A stretch of 64,000 nt of DNA. Source: the human T2T-CHM13v2.0 reference genome, Homo sapiens. The position numbers and the translations under genes were made by a program. Below, in pieces: positions 44,120 to 61,312 of the stretch. The DNA lies in the NCBI RefSeq assembly GCF_009914755.1, contig NC_060928.1; one strand, 5' to 3'. Within the stretch, counting starts at the first letter, position 1. Every line of letters starts with the position of its first letter. The notes beneath the pieces are model-generated. The model ran no database searches and was not told where the DNA came from. It saw nothing but the letters and a program-made list of their open reading frames with translations.

Positions 44120-46497
44120 TTCCTCCAGCTACCTGGTGCTCATTTCATCATACTTTCCCAGCAAAATCCCACCTGTGCTTATACCCAAGGCTCCATGTAC
44201 TCCACACCTGCATCTATACAGCTGAAAATGGCTAGATAAAACTCAACCAAGATTATGGGTCTCATTTTAAGATCAACAAATGCAAGTGAACCTTTAGTAC
44301 TGCCTAGAAATCTCCCAGGCATCACAGTACATTTCCCTAGTCTATTTGCTGTCACATGGACCTACAGAACTATGTATATCATCTCCTTTAACTGAGAAAA
44401 CAAAGGCGATTATAAGATCTTTCGTAAGTCTCTACCAGCCAGCATAATTGCTCACCTGTACCTGCTGGGCCTGTGTATTCTGTTCCCTTGGGTTTCTACA
44501 GATGATCCAAAGATGCTTCTAACTAATGTCGACTCTTCGCCTGGTAAATCAGCTCCCCACATTCTCATGCCTGCTCATCAATGATGCTCCCCTTAAATTT
44601 GCTCCTTTTAATTATTCGGGTTAATTTCTATCAGCATATGAGCATGCCATGACATCTTTAAAATAATTTTTTTAAAAGAACACTTTGATCCCATTTCCCC
44701 TGCCAGCTACCAGCAATTTCTGTTCTTTGCATCAAAACCACGGACAGAATTCTCTGTGCTCCCTGTCTCCAGTTTCTCTCCTCCCACACTCTCATGATCC
44801 CACTCCCTGCACATGGTCAGCCACAGCAAAACTGCTTAGCACGGTCACCAGAGACCTTCACAGTCTAAATCCAATGGATGACTCTCAGTTCTCGCCTTAT
44901 CTGACCTTATAACCTGCAGCATCAGACACATTTCATCTCACTCTTCTTGAAATATGTTCTTTGTTTGCTTTCCAGACACTATGTGCTTTTGTTTCCCTTC
45001 TAACACCTGGGCTGTACTTTTCAATCTCTTTTGCCAACTCCTCCTTATCTTCCCAGTGGGTTGAATTTCTCTTGGATATTTTCGTTTCTCCATTCTCTGG
45101 GTAACCTCATTCAGCTCTATTCTTATGACTCTCAAATTAATAACTCCAAACCAAACTTCTCCCCAAATTCTGAAATCCAACTGTCTACTCATCATATCCA
45201 CGTAAATGTCTAATAGGCACCTCAACATAGCTGAGAAAACATACTTCTCACCTCCAAACCTGCAGCAATCTTCCCCATCTGGGTTAATGACAACTGCATT
45301 CTTGCAGCTGCTCAAACACAAGCCCCGGAGCCATCTTTTTCTCTCTCACACTTCACATCAGCAGATCCAATCAACTACCATCAAAATACATCCAGAATTG
45401 GTCACTTCTCACCACCTCAATCACTACCACAATGCTCCAGCAATCACCAAGTGAATTACTGCCAATAGTGTCCTAACAGGATTCCATACCTTGGCCCCTG
45501 TCCCCTAGAATCACATAGCAGCCAGAGTAATCTTGAGACATATGAGTCAGATGCCATTCATTTGCTCAAAAGTTTCCAACTGCCCCAGTGACAACTTAAG
45601 TCCTAATAGTGGCCTACAGAGGCCTACATGAAAAGGCCCTATTAATCACCTCACTGCCAATTACACTGCACTCTTGTTTAGTCTGCACCAGCCATGCTGG
45701 CCTCCTTGATGATTCTGGAATGTGCCAAGATACTCCTGCTTAGGACATTTGCATCTGCTATTCACTCTGCCTGGAATGTTCTTCCCCCAGAAGTTGTACA
45801 ACTATCTCCTTTACAATCTTCACAAGGTTGCTCAAACTTCTCAGTGAGGCCTCTACTGATCCCGCAGTACTCTCTAAAGCAGTACTCATGCATGGGCATG
45901 CATGCACACACAGTGATGCTTCTGATTTATGCTGTATTTGGTGGCAATATTTATCACCATTTAACATATCACATTTTACTTTATTTTGTTTATTGTGTAG
46001 TGGTGTACTGGAGGCAGCTTATACTGGCTCGTGGAAGCCAATTCTTAACTTTTCAGGAATTCTGCGAGCTAGTCATTAAACTACAGCTATTATTAGCAAG
46101 TGTAGTCTGTAAAGTGACAATTATATAAAAGACAAAGGTAACAAATACTCAAAACTCATCATTTCCCAATTATTTTACTACATTTAAATTTATGTTTTTT
46201 AGGTTATTTACATTTACTTTATGAGTATGGTAGAAATGCTATATATATATCTTTGCATTCAGTTCAACCACATTGGTAGCTTAAAATCAGTTGTGGTGGG
46301 AATATTTACACTATCAAAATCAGCAAATGCTAAAAATCAGGGCCTTTCTTTCCCTGCAGCCAGCCAGTTGTTAAGCATTTACCATTATCGAAATAGCACT
46401 GATTGTCTGTCTGACTCTGCTATGGATATATCCTAGCTTCTAGTACAGTATCTGGCACATAGTAGGTACTAAAATACTAAAGGAATGAAAGAATGAA
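44120..46497 (+). mobile_element. Long L2a fragment interrupted by MER63
   Basis: L2 phrases (gtcaccagagaccttcacagtctaaatccaatgg; gtctaataggcacctcaac; ctctgcctggaatgttcttcccc) and the L2 tail ggcacatagtaggtact...gaatgaaagaatgaa. Confidence 0.8.
45998..46400 (+). mobile_element. MER63-like hAT-Blackjack element
   Basis: agtggtgtactggaggcagcttatactggctcg...acaaaggtaacaaatactcaaaactcatc matches recalled MER63. Confidence 0.8.
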
Positions 46498-48154
46498 TTT
46501 CCGTGAAAGCCACCTGCAAAAGTATACTGAGAAGAAAGTACAAAACTATATCTCATTTGACAAGTTATATACAGTTGTATATGATACTCTCCCTGTTAAA
46601 TAATGTCACATTAATTCAAATAAATGTCTCATAAAATAATTCAACTTAGCTATATTGGCATTTTTCCAAGCAAATAATCAGACTTTCTAAGTTGATACAT
46701 TCTTGCTTCAGAGTTATGTTTAGTTTTGCATTTCATTTATAAAAAGGCTTTTTTTTATGGGAAAAGCATATGTCTTTAGTTAAAGAGCAGTAGCCCAATT
46801 AAATATTACCAAAGAAAAACGCTTTTTACTTTGAGAATGATTCACCTTTGAACTACTAGAAGCTGTAAGCATAGACAATAAATGCATCATTAACTCACAA
46901 CAAATAAAATTAACACTCTTCAAAGGCAAGAAATAGTAAAACAGTCCTTTTAATTACTTGTTTAAATGACCCAGGACTTTCTTATTACCAACTGCAGAGA
47001 ATAAGCCATACCTAAATGAGATAGAACATGATGGATAATTTACCAGAGAAAGGAAACATCTGAGTATTTAGAAAGTCCTTGGGCTACAGTCCAACAGCGT
47101 TCCTCCTGTGAGGATTATGCAGACTTATTCCAATCTATTAAAACACACACAAAAAACACAACCACTTTAAACATACTGAGTCCCGAAAAACTTCAAATTG
47201 TAAATGAGTCCATTGCACTCAGTACAAGTTTTATGCATAAAAATATTTTTGAACCATCCAATGTGTAATATTTGTGAGAAAATTTACATAGTAGAGGACT
47301 ATAATATGCTTTGGTATGTTCCATAAGAGACCTTTTATCAATTGAAAAATCTCCTTTAATGTTTTGTAAGCTAAAAACTACTAATAAAATATTATTGTAA
47401 GTTTTGCAAAATGCTAAAATCTTTTTAAATCTGAGGACAATCCTATGAGGTAGATATTATCGGTCGTGCTTTAAAAATTAAAGAAAACTGAACTTCAGTG
47501 ATATACTCAAGAACACAATTAGTAAGGTGGGAAAATGGGTCCCAGCTTTTGACTCTGAATTCTCTACCACTCCATTAACTGCTGAATTCTCAAAGGTTTT
47601 TCAGATATCATTTTATAAACTTTATTTGCTTAGAAGTTTGCTTTAACCTTACTTACTACAGCCTGGCTTTCTTCCTGCTGTACGTCTTCTGTCTTGCAAA
47701 GATGGTGAACACACCCCCAGGCAATTCTCTTGCTAAGTTCAACAGTATTATAAAACTAAGATCCCTAAATCCCACAGCAAGCTTTTCTTGCTAGCATAAA
47801 CTTGTGAGTTTTATTATAATGGTTAATATAACCTATGCGTTACATCTTTTCAAGGGGGAAGGTAAGTGATGGAAGGGTCTCATTTATAGAAGCTGTAAAT
47901 ACTCTAACTTCGATTCGAAAGAGGAGGTGTATTTTATCATTAGAACAGTACATGGCACTACAATTCCACATGTGACTAAGGAATCACAAACTCTATGGAG
48001 GGCAAGTAAGATTGGACTCAGTTAAAAGAAACCACAAAAGGACTATATTGGGGGGAAAGATCTTCAAAAGCTATATGATCGCATACTTTGAGGTAGAAAT
48101 GAAAGAGATGAGCAAGTATGACAAGAGGGAGAGAAAGCACCCACCTTTCCTTAC

Positions 48155-48230
48155 CTCACCAGAAATCCACAGTTGCTGATGCAAGTTATGCTATTTTTAG
48201 TACAGTATTAAACTTGGCCATTTTCTGGTT
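48155..48230 (-). other. Candidate 76-nt non-coding exon
   Basis: Minus strand taataatgtttttcacag|AACCAG...GGTGAG|gtaagg; strong sites, stop codons in all frames. Confidence 0.45.
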
Positions 48231-50684
48231 CTGTGAAAAACATTATTATTTTTTTAGATATATAACTATGCTTAAAATATTAGAACTCTTTGCATTTGAG
48301 AGCTTTATTATCAGTCATCGGAAAGGTGCTGTGCATTTGCTATGCATAGTTTTACAGGTGTTTTTACCATTAAATGGCCTATTTTAAGTAAAATTATATT
48401 TTACATTTATATTTTACAATATATACAGTAATGAAAATTGAGTAAGTGAAGCCTTTAATACAGTACTTGAATAAAACTGCATGCGTGTCCATATTTTAAA
48501 TATGATCCTGATGTTATTAATAATCACTTGCAAACAGTTTTGTAATTTCCTAGAAAGGATAACTTCACTTGAAGTATCTAATGTCTACATTGGTTCTGAA
48601 GTGAAATGTAAATATCTGACTTCCCAATAATCCAGAAGATTTTAAAAGGAAAATTGAAATTGAAAGACTTCCATTACACCTCATTTATCACAGCTGCAAA
48701 TTCTACATCTATTTCTGATATCAAAATAATCATAATATCCTCATAACTAAGAAAACACACATCCAATAATTACACAATGAACTTTAACATGATAAATATG
48801 TTTATAGTTTTATATCATGAACATGATGCAAAATCCTACCACCGAAAACATGTTCTACGAACATTATACAATAAATGACATGTATTTTTAAAGTCAAACA
48901 CTCTTATTTATAATTCAGGCAAATAGAAGTCTCAAATAACCAGTGTTTTGACAGTATCAAAGATGTTATAATAGTTCATTTTTTAAAAACAGCTTTTGCA
49001 GTATGTCATGGGACCAGAATAGTTTGGGCCAGCACTCCATCTCCTCCTACACTGACGGCTCACTGTTCAGCCACTTTGATCCGCCAGTTACTCACAAAGT
49101 CCAGTAGGGTCTTCCCATGGTTGAGCATACTCAGCTCTTAGTTATGTAGACATTCATTCCATGGCAAACCACAGCCACTCTTGGTGGTTGGAAGCTGTCA
49201 CTGTGCCTGTACACACCTGTCATGCAAAATGATCTGTGGCATCAACTCCAAGGTACTATGTTAAGTTGTCTCAGTATTCCTAACTCCTAAATGAAACTTG
49301 AAGAAGATAAAAATAAACCTCTCTGAGAAACTCTGAACCCCTCACTCTCTGTCTAACCAAAACCAATGTTTCTTCACAACGATGCTCTCAGGATGCAAGA
49401 TTTTACACCCTCTGAATATTTTTCTTGATGTAGCCTATGAGAATGTTTTGCATTCATGTAACTCTGCAAATTAGTTTTTTTAGACTTAATTATCCAAAAC
49501 ACTTCTTCTGACAAACATTCTAAAGAAACAGAAGTATTTATGAACAACAGAATAAAACGCTGTTTGGCTTAGCTGGCATTACATACCCTAAAGACTTACG
49601 TATTCTGTTTGAAAAATTAGAATAAACTCTTTAGCCAAAGAATTTTGGAAATTTCCTTTAGGGGCCTTATATGAATCAATCACTACAATAAACCTTCAAG
49701 TTGCAAAATGTTATCACAAATTCCTAAAATTCATGAGAATATGGTAAAATACAATTTCTACAATGCTGACAGTAATGTAAATTGTATTGCAGTAATGAAA
49801 ACAGTTTTGTGATATATACTTCCAAAAATCTTTCTTACAATCTCCGTTTTTGGAATTCACCTTAAAGATTCAGAATTCAGACCAGACTTCTATAATATGC
49901 ATATTTGCACATTATAGAAGTTATATGAGGGAAAACCAATAATGCCAACTAGAATGGTTAAAAGTAGAAAAACATGTTGTAAAACATGACATAGGATTTA
50001 AGATTTTCAATTAATACAATTTTTTTCATATCGAAAATGCTTACGATATGCTAAGCAAAATAGCAGAAAATAATTGTAATATGAAACATGGTCTCACTTA
50101 TATGCAATGTGTTAGTACACACACATACACACACAGGATTGTAAGGAAATACATATAATATAGTGGTCATCTGTGGTATAACTGAATAATTTTGGTTTGT
50201 TTATGCTTTCATTTTATATGCACTGTATAGTTATGTATAATAAAGTATATTTATATATTTATGCGGAACATGTATTATATTTATTCCCTGTGTATTATTT
50301 AAGGAGAAATTTAGATTATTTACTTTCCGAGAAGCCACAACCCAGGTAAAGGTAGCTTTGATTTGCTGAATACAACTTTCTATAAGGCATTAATTACGTA
50401 CAAACACCAACTGTTACAGAATTTTGAGAAATAAGAATCAATAAGTTATCTGTGAACATTTTGAGAAATAAGAATAGGTATATCTGAAATGCTCTCTTTG
50501 CAATTTCTTTTAAGGAGGAAATTTTTATAATTAGCCAAAATTATGCTCAGTTATATAGGTTTTTATTCTATTTATAGATCTGACTCCAATTTTATACTAT
50601 ATATTTATACTTCTCATTATTTTAGAGAGCATACATTTTGGTTTTGAACATTCCACTTAAAAATTAAATGCCCTCCATTAGTTG

Positions 50685-51037
<353 letters not shown>

Positions 51038-51126
51038 TAAAACTTATAAATGTATTCACTTAAGACACTAGAAGTTCAACCCATGCATTAGAAAGATTCT
51101 CATAAAAGTTAGAGTAGAAAAAAGAC

Positions 51127-51264
51127 ATGGCACATGCCTGTAATCCCAGCTACTTGTGAGGCTGTGGCAGGAGAATCACTTTAACCCGGGAGGTGGAGGT
51201 TGTGGTGAGCTGAGATCGCACCATTGCACTTGAGCCTGGGCAACAAGAGCAAAACTCTGTCTCA

Positions 51265-51295
<31 letters not shown>

Positions 51296-51304
51296 AAGAA
51301 AAAA
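51127..51304 (+). mobile_element. 5'-truncated Alu (right arm) with TSD
   Basis: Flanked on both sides by agaaaaaagac. Confidence 0.92.
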
Positions 51305-51721
51305 GACTACCTTAAAATTTTTTAGCTATAAAAATTAAGACAATGCCATTTTGTTTTCTTCATATCCGCAATATCCCAACTAAATATAACAAAACCCAGT
51401 TGCTTTGTACCTATTTTGAACAACTTATAAAAAGGTCAGAAGCTACATTAAAAAAATACAACTGGTTATGGTTATAAAGAAGATACAGAGAGGGAGTATG
51501 AGAATTTGTATGATAAATGCTGGAATAAGCCAAAAGATCTCAAAGAAGATGATGTTCAGTTTTAATTTTCCTTGAAAATACATCCTAAATCATGTAGGCA
51601 TTATTTTAAATATATGTAGAAATGAAAGAAAAATATTATGGTCAAAAATGAAAACCTAATAGATCTGTAGAAAAAGCTTTTTTTAAAAAGAATGAAATTA
51701 AGTCTATCTCATTTTTTTTTT

Positions 51722-51772
51722 AGTGATTATATAAATAACCTTAAATTTTGAATATCTGTTCTAGTCAAGCTG
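51722..51772 (-). other. L1 3' transduced unique sequence (51 bp)
   Basis: Lies between the L1 A-rich tail and a second poly(A), inside the TSD tctatctcattttt (51703-51716 and 57796-57809). Confidence 0.8.
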
Positions 51773-51997
51773 TTTTCTTTTTCTTTTTTTTTATTATACT
51801 TTAAGTTTTAGGGTACATGTGCACATTCTGCAGGTTAGTTACATATGTATACATGTGCCATGCTGGTGCACTGCACCCACTAACTCGTCATCTAGCATTA
51901 GGTGTATCTCCCAATGCTATCCCTCCCCCCTCCCCCCACCCCACAACAGTCCCCAGAGTGTGATATTCCCCTTCCTGTGTCCATGTGATCTTACTGT

Positions 51998-55840
<3,843 letters not shown>

Positions 55841-55888
55841 TTATTTTGCTCATTATTTGATGCAGTTTCTTCCTAGTCTTGATGGTCT

Positions 55889-56905
55889 TTACATTTTGGC
55901 ATGATTTTGCAGCGGCTGGTACTGGTTGTTCCTTTCCATGTTTAGTGCTTCCTTCAGGAGCTCTTTTAAGGCAGGCCTGGTGGTGACAAAATCTCTCAGC
56001 ATTTGCTTGTCTGTAAAGTATTTTATTTCTCCTTCACTTATGAAGCTTAGTTTGGCTGGATATGAAATTCTGGGTTGAAAATTCTTTTCTTTAAGAATGT
56101 TGAATATTGGCCCCCACTCTCTTCTGGCTTGTAGGGTTTCTGCTGAGAGATCCGCTGTTAGTCTGATGGGCTTCCCTTTGAGGGTAACCCGACCTTTCTC
56201 TCTGGCTGCCCTTAACATTTTTTCCTTCATTTCAACTTTGGTGAATCTGACAATCATGTGTCTTGGAGTTGCTCTTCTCGAGGAGTATCTTTGTGGCGTT
56301 CTCTGTATTTCCTGAATCTGAACGTTGGCCTGCCTTGCTAGATTGGGGAAGTTCTCCTGGATAATATCCTGCAGAGTGTTTTCCAACTTGGTTCCATTCT
56401 CCCCATCACTTTCAGGTACACCAATCAGATGTAGATTTGGTCTTTTCACATAGTCCCATATTTCTTGGAGGCTTTGCTCATTTCTTTTTATTCTTTTTTC
56501 TCTAAACTTCCCTTCTCACTTCATTTCATTCATTTCATCTTCCATTGCTGATACCCTTTCTTCCAGTTGATCGCATCAGCTCCTGAGGCTTCTGCATTCT
56601 TCACGTAGTTCTCGAGCCTTGGCTTTCAGCTCCATCAGCTCCTTTAAGCACTTCTCTGTATTGGTTATTCTAGTTATACATTCCTCTAAATTTTTTTCAA
56701 AGTTTTCAACTTCTTTGCCTTTGGTTTGAATGTCCTCCCATAGCTCAGAGTAATTTGATCGTCTGAAGCCTTCTTCTCTCAGCTCGTCAAAGTCATTCTC
56801 CATCCAGCTTTGTTCCGTTGCTGGTGAGGAACTGCGTTCCTTTGGAGGAGGAGAGGCGCTCTGCTGTTTAGAGTTTCCAGTTTTTCTGTTCTGTTTTTTC
56901 CCCAA
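55889..56905 (-). pseudogene. ORF1: L1 ORF1 (RNA-binding chaperone), disrupted
   Basis: Span of 1017 nt; start codon is TTG instead of ATG; premature TGA at 56576-56578; C-terminus ...LQNHAKM. Confidence 0.96.
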
Positions 56906-57795
56906 CTTTGTGGTTTTATCTACTTTTGGTCTTTGATGATGGTGATGTACAGATGGGTTTTTGGTGTGGATGTCCTTTCTGTTTGTTAGTTTTCCTTCTA
57001 ACAGACAGGACCCTCAGCTGCAGGTCTGCTGGAATACCCTGCCCTGTGAGGTGTCAGTGTGCCTCTGCTGGGGGGTGCCTCCCAGTTAGGCTGCTCGGGG
57101 GTCAGGGGTCAGGGACCCACTTGAGGAGGCAGTCTGCCCGTTCTCAGATCTCCAGCTGCGTGCTGGGAGAACCACTGCTCTCTTCAAAGCTGTCAGACAG
57201 GGACATTTAAGTCTGCAGAGGTTACTGCTGTCTTTTTGTTTGTCTGTGCCCTGCCCCCAGAGGTGGAGCCTACAGAAGCAGGCAGGCCTCCTTGAGCTGT
57301 GGTGGGCTCCACCCAGTTCGAGCTTCCTGGCTGCTTTGTTTACCTAAGCAAGCCTGGGCAATGGCGGGCGCCCCTCCCCCAGCCTCGCTGCAGCCTTGCA
57401 GTTTGATCTCAGACTGCTGTGCTAGCAATCAGCGAGACCCTCCGAGCCAGGTGCGGGACATAATCTCGTGGTGCGCCGTTTTTTAAGCCCGTCGGAAAAG
57501 CGCAGTATTCGGGTGGGAGTGACCCGATTTTCCAGGAGCCGTCAGTCACCCCTTTCTTTGACTCGGAAAGGGAACTCCCTGACCCCTTGCGCTTCCCAAG
57601 TGAGGCAATGCCTCGCCCTGCTTCGGCTCGCACACGGTGCGCGCACCCACTGACCTGTGCCCACTGTCTGGCACTCCCTAGTGCGATGAACCCGGTACCT
57701 CAGATGGAAATGCAGAAATCACCGTCTTCTGCGTCGCTCACGCTGGGAGCTGTGGACCTGGAGCTGTTCCTATTCGGCCATCTTGGCTCCTCCCC
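56906..57795 (-). promoter_or_regulatory. L1 5'UTR with sense and antisense promoters
   Basis: CpG-rich; YY1 motif CAAGATGGCC intact near the 5' end; ORF0 start atggcgggcgcc at 57361 on the + strand. Confidence 0.85.
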
Positions 57796-58077
57796 TCTAT
57801 CTCATTTTTAAAGAGTCTTCAATCCCAAGCTTTTCTAAGCCTTATATAATCTAAAATGTTTGTATCTGTCTCCATTTCACAAATTTCTCACCTCTGCCCT
57901 CTAGGTGTTTCCACCAAGAACAAATCTAAATCCTGGTGCAAATGACAAGCAGCTGGTGAGACCATCATCTACCACCATCACATTATCTTCCTATATGCTC
58001 CATGATTAACCAGAGAAAACAGCATCAACCTAAGAAAGACTATACATCCTTAACTGGATAAAGAGCCATACTACGTC

Positions 58078-58219
58078 TTTAGATTCCATATATAAATAAG
58101 GTCGCACAGTATTTGTCTTTCTGTGTCTGGCTTATTTCATTTTATGTAACATCCTCCAGATTCATCCATGTTGTCGCAAATGGCAGGACTTTTATCTTTT
58201 TTAAGACTGAATAATATTC

Positions 58220-58264
<45 letters not shown>

Positions 58265-58715
58265 CCTGTGTGTATGTGTCTGTATTGCACATTTTCTTCA
58301 TCCATTCATCCACTGACCAACACTTAGGTTGTTTCCATATCTTGGCTACTGTGAATAATGCTGCAAACTCAGAGAGGCAGAGAGTAGAAGAGTGGTTGGC
58401 AAGACTGCAGGGAGAGGAAAATGGGGAGTTGTTGATCAAAGAGTACAAACTTTCAGTTATAAGATAAATAAGTTCCAGGAACCTAATATACAGCATGGGG
58501 ACTACAGTTAATAATACTGTATTATATACTTGAAATTTGCTGAGAGTAAATCTTAAGTGTTTTCACCACCAAAAAAACCCCAAACTGATTACCACATGAG
58601 GTGATGGATATAATAATTAGCCTTATTGTGGTACTCATGTCATATCAAAACATATTTCATATCTTAAATATGTACAATTTTTATCCATTATATCTCAGAA
58701 AAGCTGGGAATGGGG
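58078..58715. mobile_element. Old L1MA/MB 3' fragment with 5' inversion
   Basis: 58078-58366 antisense and 58367-58715 sense; the two parts are adjacent in the L1 consensus. Confidence 0.8.
58223..58262. repeat. (TG)n microsatellite
   Basis: About 20 uninterrupted TG units. Confidence 0.97.
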
Positions 58716-58988
58716 GGAAGAATCATCCTGCCTGCCTTAACAAGTATCGTAGAAATCTTTTTGTTGTTCACTGCCACAAACCAGTAAATTAAAGACATAG
58801 CAAAATATCTGTGACAAAAGTCAAACATTGCTTTACAAATTACATGGGCATGAGAGAGAAAACCAATATCATATTAGAGGCATATCTACAAATGACTGGA
58901 TTATTCGTATAACCATAAATTTATCATGAAAATTCTCTAATACAAGCATCATGAGATCTGTTGCTATAACTAAGCAAGGAGCATAGTG

Positions 58989-59060
58989 GAGAGACAGAGA
59001 GAGAGAGAGGGAGAGAGAATGAGAGAGAGAGAGAGACAGAGTGTGTGTGTGTGTGTGTGT
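58989..59060. repeat. Compound (GA)n(GT)n microsatellite
   Basis: Directly visible. Confidence 0.93.
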
Positions 59061-59996
59061 GGTGTGGGGAGAGTACAAAAATAATCACACATTTTCATCA
59101 CTCAAAGTTCTCTCAGTTCTGCTATCAAATAGCTTCATAACTTTGAGCAAGACATCTTTGGCCTTGTATCCTCATCTGCAAAATGATGTCCTTACATACT
59201 ACATATTACAATTCACCAAAATTACAAAACGTGGGAGAAAAATAAGCAAAGTAACTAAAGTTGCAGAGCAGCCTCTGTGTATGTGTGTTTTAACTTCTCT
59301 CTTTTTTTAATCTCTAGTACTTTGTCCCTGTTGTTTGCCTCAACATCTAGGTAAGTTGTAGGTCAGTGAGAAAGAAATGGATGTAAGGCTAGCATGAAGT
59401 TATGACATTAATGTGCAGTAACACTGCTTGAAATCTTAGTATTCTCTCCTGACAGTAGAGGTATTTCATACATGTGATTATCATCTACCAAGTGCGTTAC
59501 TGCATAAAAAGGGTAAGATCAAAACAGATTTAAACATACATAATTTATTCACCAGGGAGAGAAAACCCAGACTTCTACTTTTACTGTTGGGTACACAGCC
59601 GGTAGCAAATGGTAAGTTTTTCCCCAATGACTGTATCAACAAAACCACATACCTCCCCTTACCTATGTAATCAAATGATTGATTATCCTTCAGTATATCT
59701 GGGGGTGAATCCTTACAGTAGATGTTATCCAATATCTTGTTTTATTTTTTCCATTAAGTAGGAGATACACACAGACGTGTGCTAGTTTGGATGCATTTAT
59801 CAGATTCTGTAAGTTTTTAATTTTGTTCACTGAATCACAAGATTGTTAAGATGTTTGGAGACAAAATAATTTGATCCCCAAAAATATACTTAATTGCTAA
59901 CTTATTATTCAATTTTAACATGAAATTCAACCAGCAAGATCAATGGACGCAGGTTGCGGTAAAAACTACAGATGTTTCATTTTAAAATACTTTTTG

Positions 59997-60366
<370 letters not shown>

Positions 60367-61256
60367 TTAAAGTTGCCCATGTTAGTGTTCCAAGGTGAGA
60401 GCTTTCTTCAGAGAAAAGGAAAAGGTGACACATAGCTAGAGGTGGTCCAGACTAGTGTTTTATTATTGCCCATTATTTTATTGTTTTAATAGTAGGCAAG
60501 TTGTCAATCTTTAAAAGTCCAACTCTTCAAGTTTTTTTTTTCTTTAGGGCTTGCAGGATTTTGACACCAACTGTTTACATAACATATAAATTTAAATGAT
60601 ACATTAGAGACAAGGACGACAGAGTTAACCTTTGTGATGGTGAAGCTTCACCACTACTAACAATGTCTTCCTTTCATGAAGGAAGCTTGTGCCACAGGGC
60701 TTAGGTATTCCATTGTCTAATTCTCACAGCTAAATATTTTTATTTTTTCCCAAAAAATTAATCTGCTGTGTAAATTAATAGAAAAGGAAAATTCAAAGAG
60801 CTCAGTAATACAAATACCACTAAAATATACTTTAAAAACATAATTTTAAAAGATCTAAAATAATACTTAAAATTCTTCTTTATGGATATACCATCCAAGA
60901 AAAGTCCACGGTTGAATAAGAATTATTTTTGATTATTCAGTTCTAGAGTTTCAGATCTACGTAAGTACACATTACATAATGGGGAGAAATTAAAATTAAA
61001 TTGGAAAAAGATGTGAGAGGGGTTAGGGTATTAATCTTCAATAATTGGTATAGCTCAACAGGAATATAAATAAAAATATCTTATTTCCTCAATTCTAAGT
61101 CATGATTAGTGGTACAATGCAGCACTGATTTGTCTGGAAAAAAAGAAACCTATATTATGTTCTTATTGACAGAAAGAAATATTTCAATTTCTGAAACATC
61201 AAAAACTGGAGGGGAGGTTTTAAAAGTACAGTTTAAAATTAAGGATATGTAACTAC

Positions 61257-61312
61257 CTTGGTTGAGGATAAGTGAATCCTGAAATGCGAGTTCAACCTTA
61301 TACAGTCTCAAT
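61257..61312 (-). other. Candidate 56-nt exon
   Basis: Minus strand tttctttttgtttttgtttttag|ATTGAG...ACCAAG|gtagtt; strong acceptor; one open frame (LRLYKVELAFQDSLILNQ) that I do not recognise. Confidence 0.45.
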
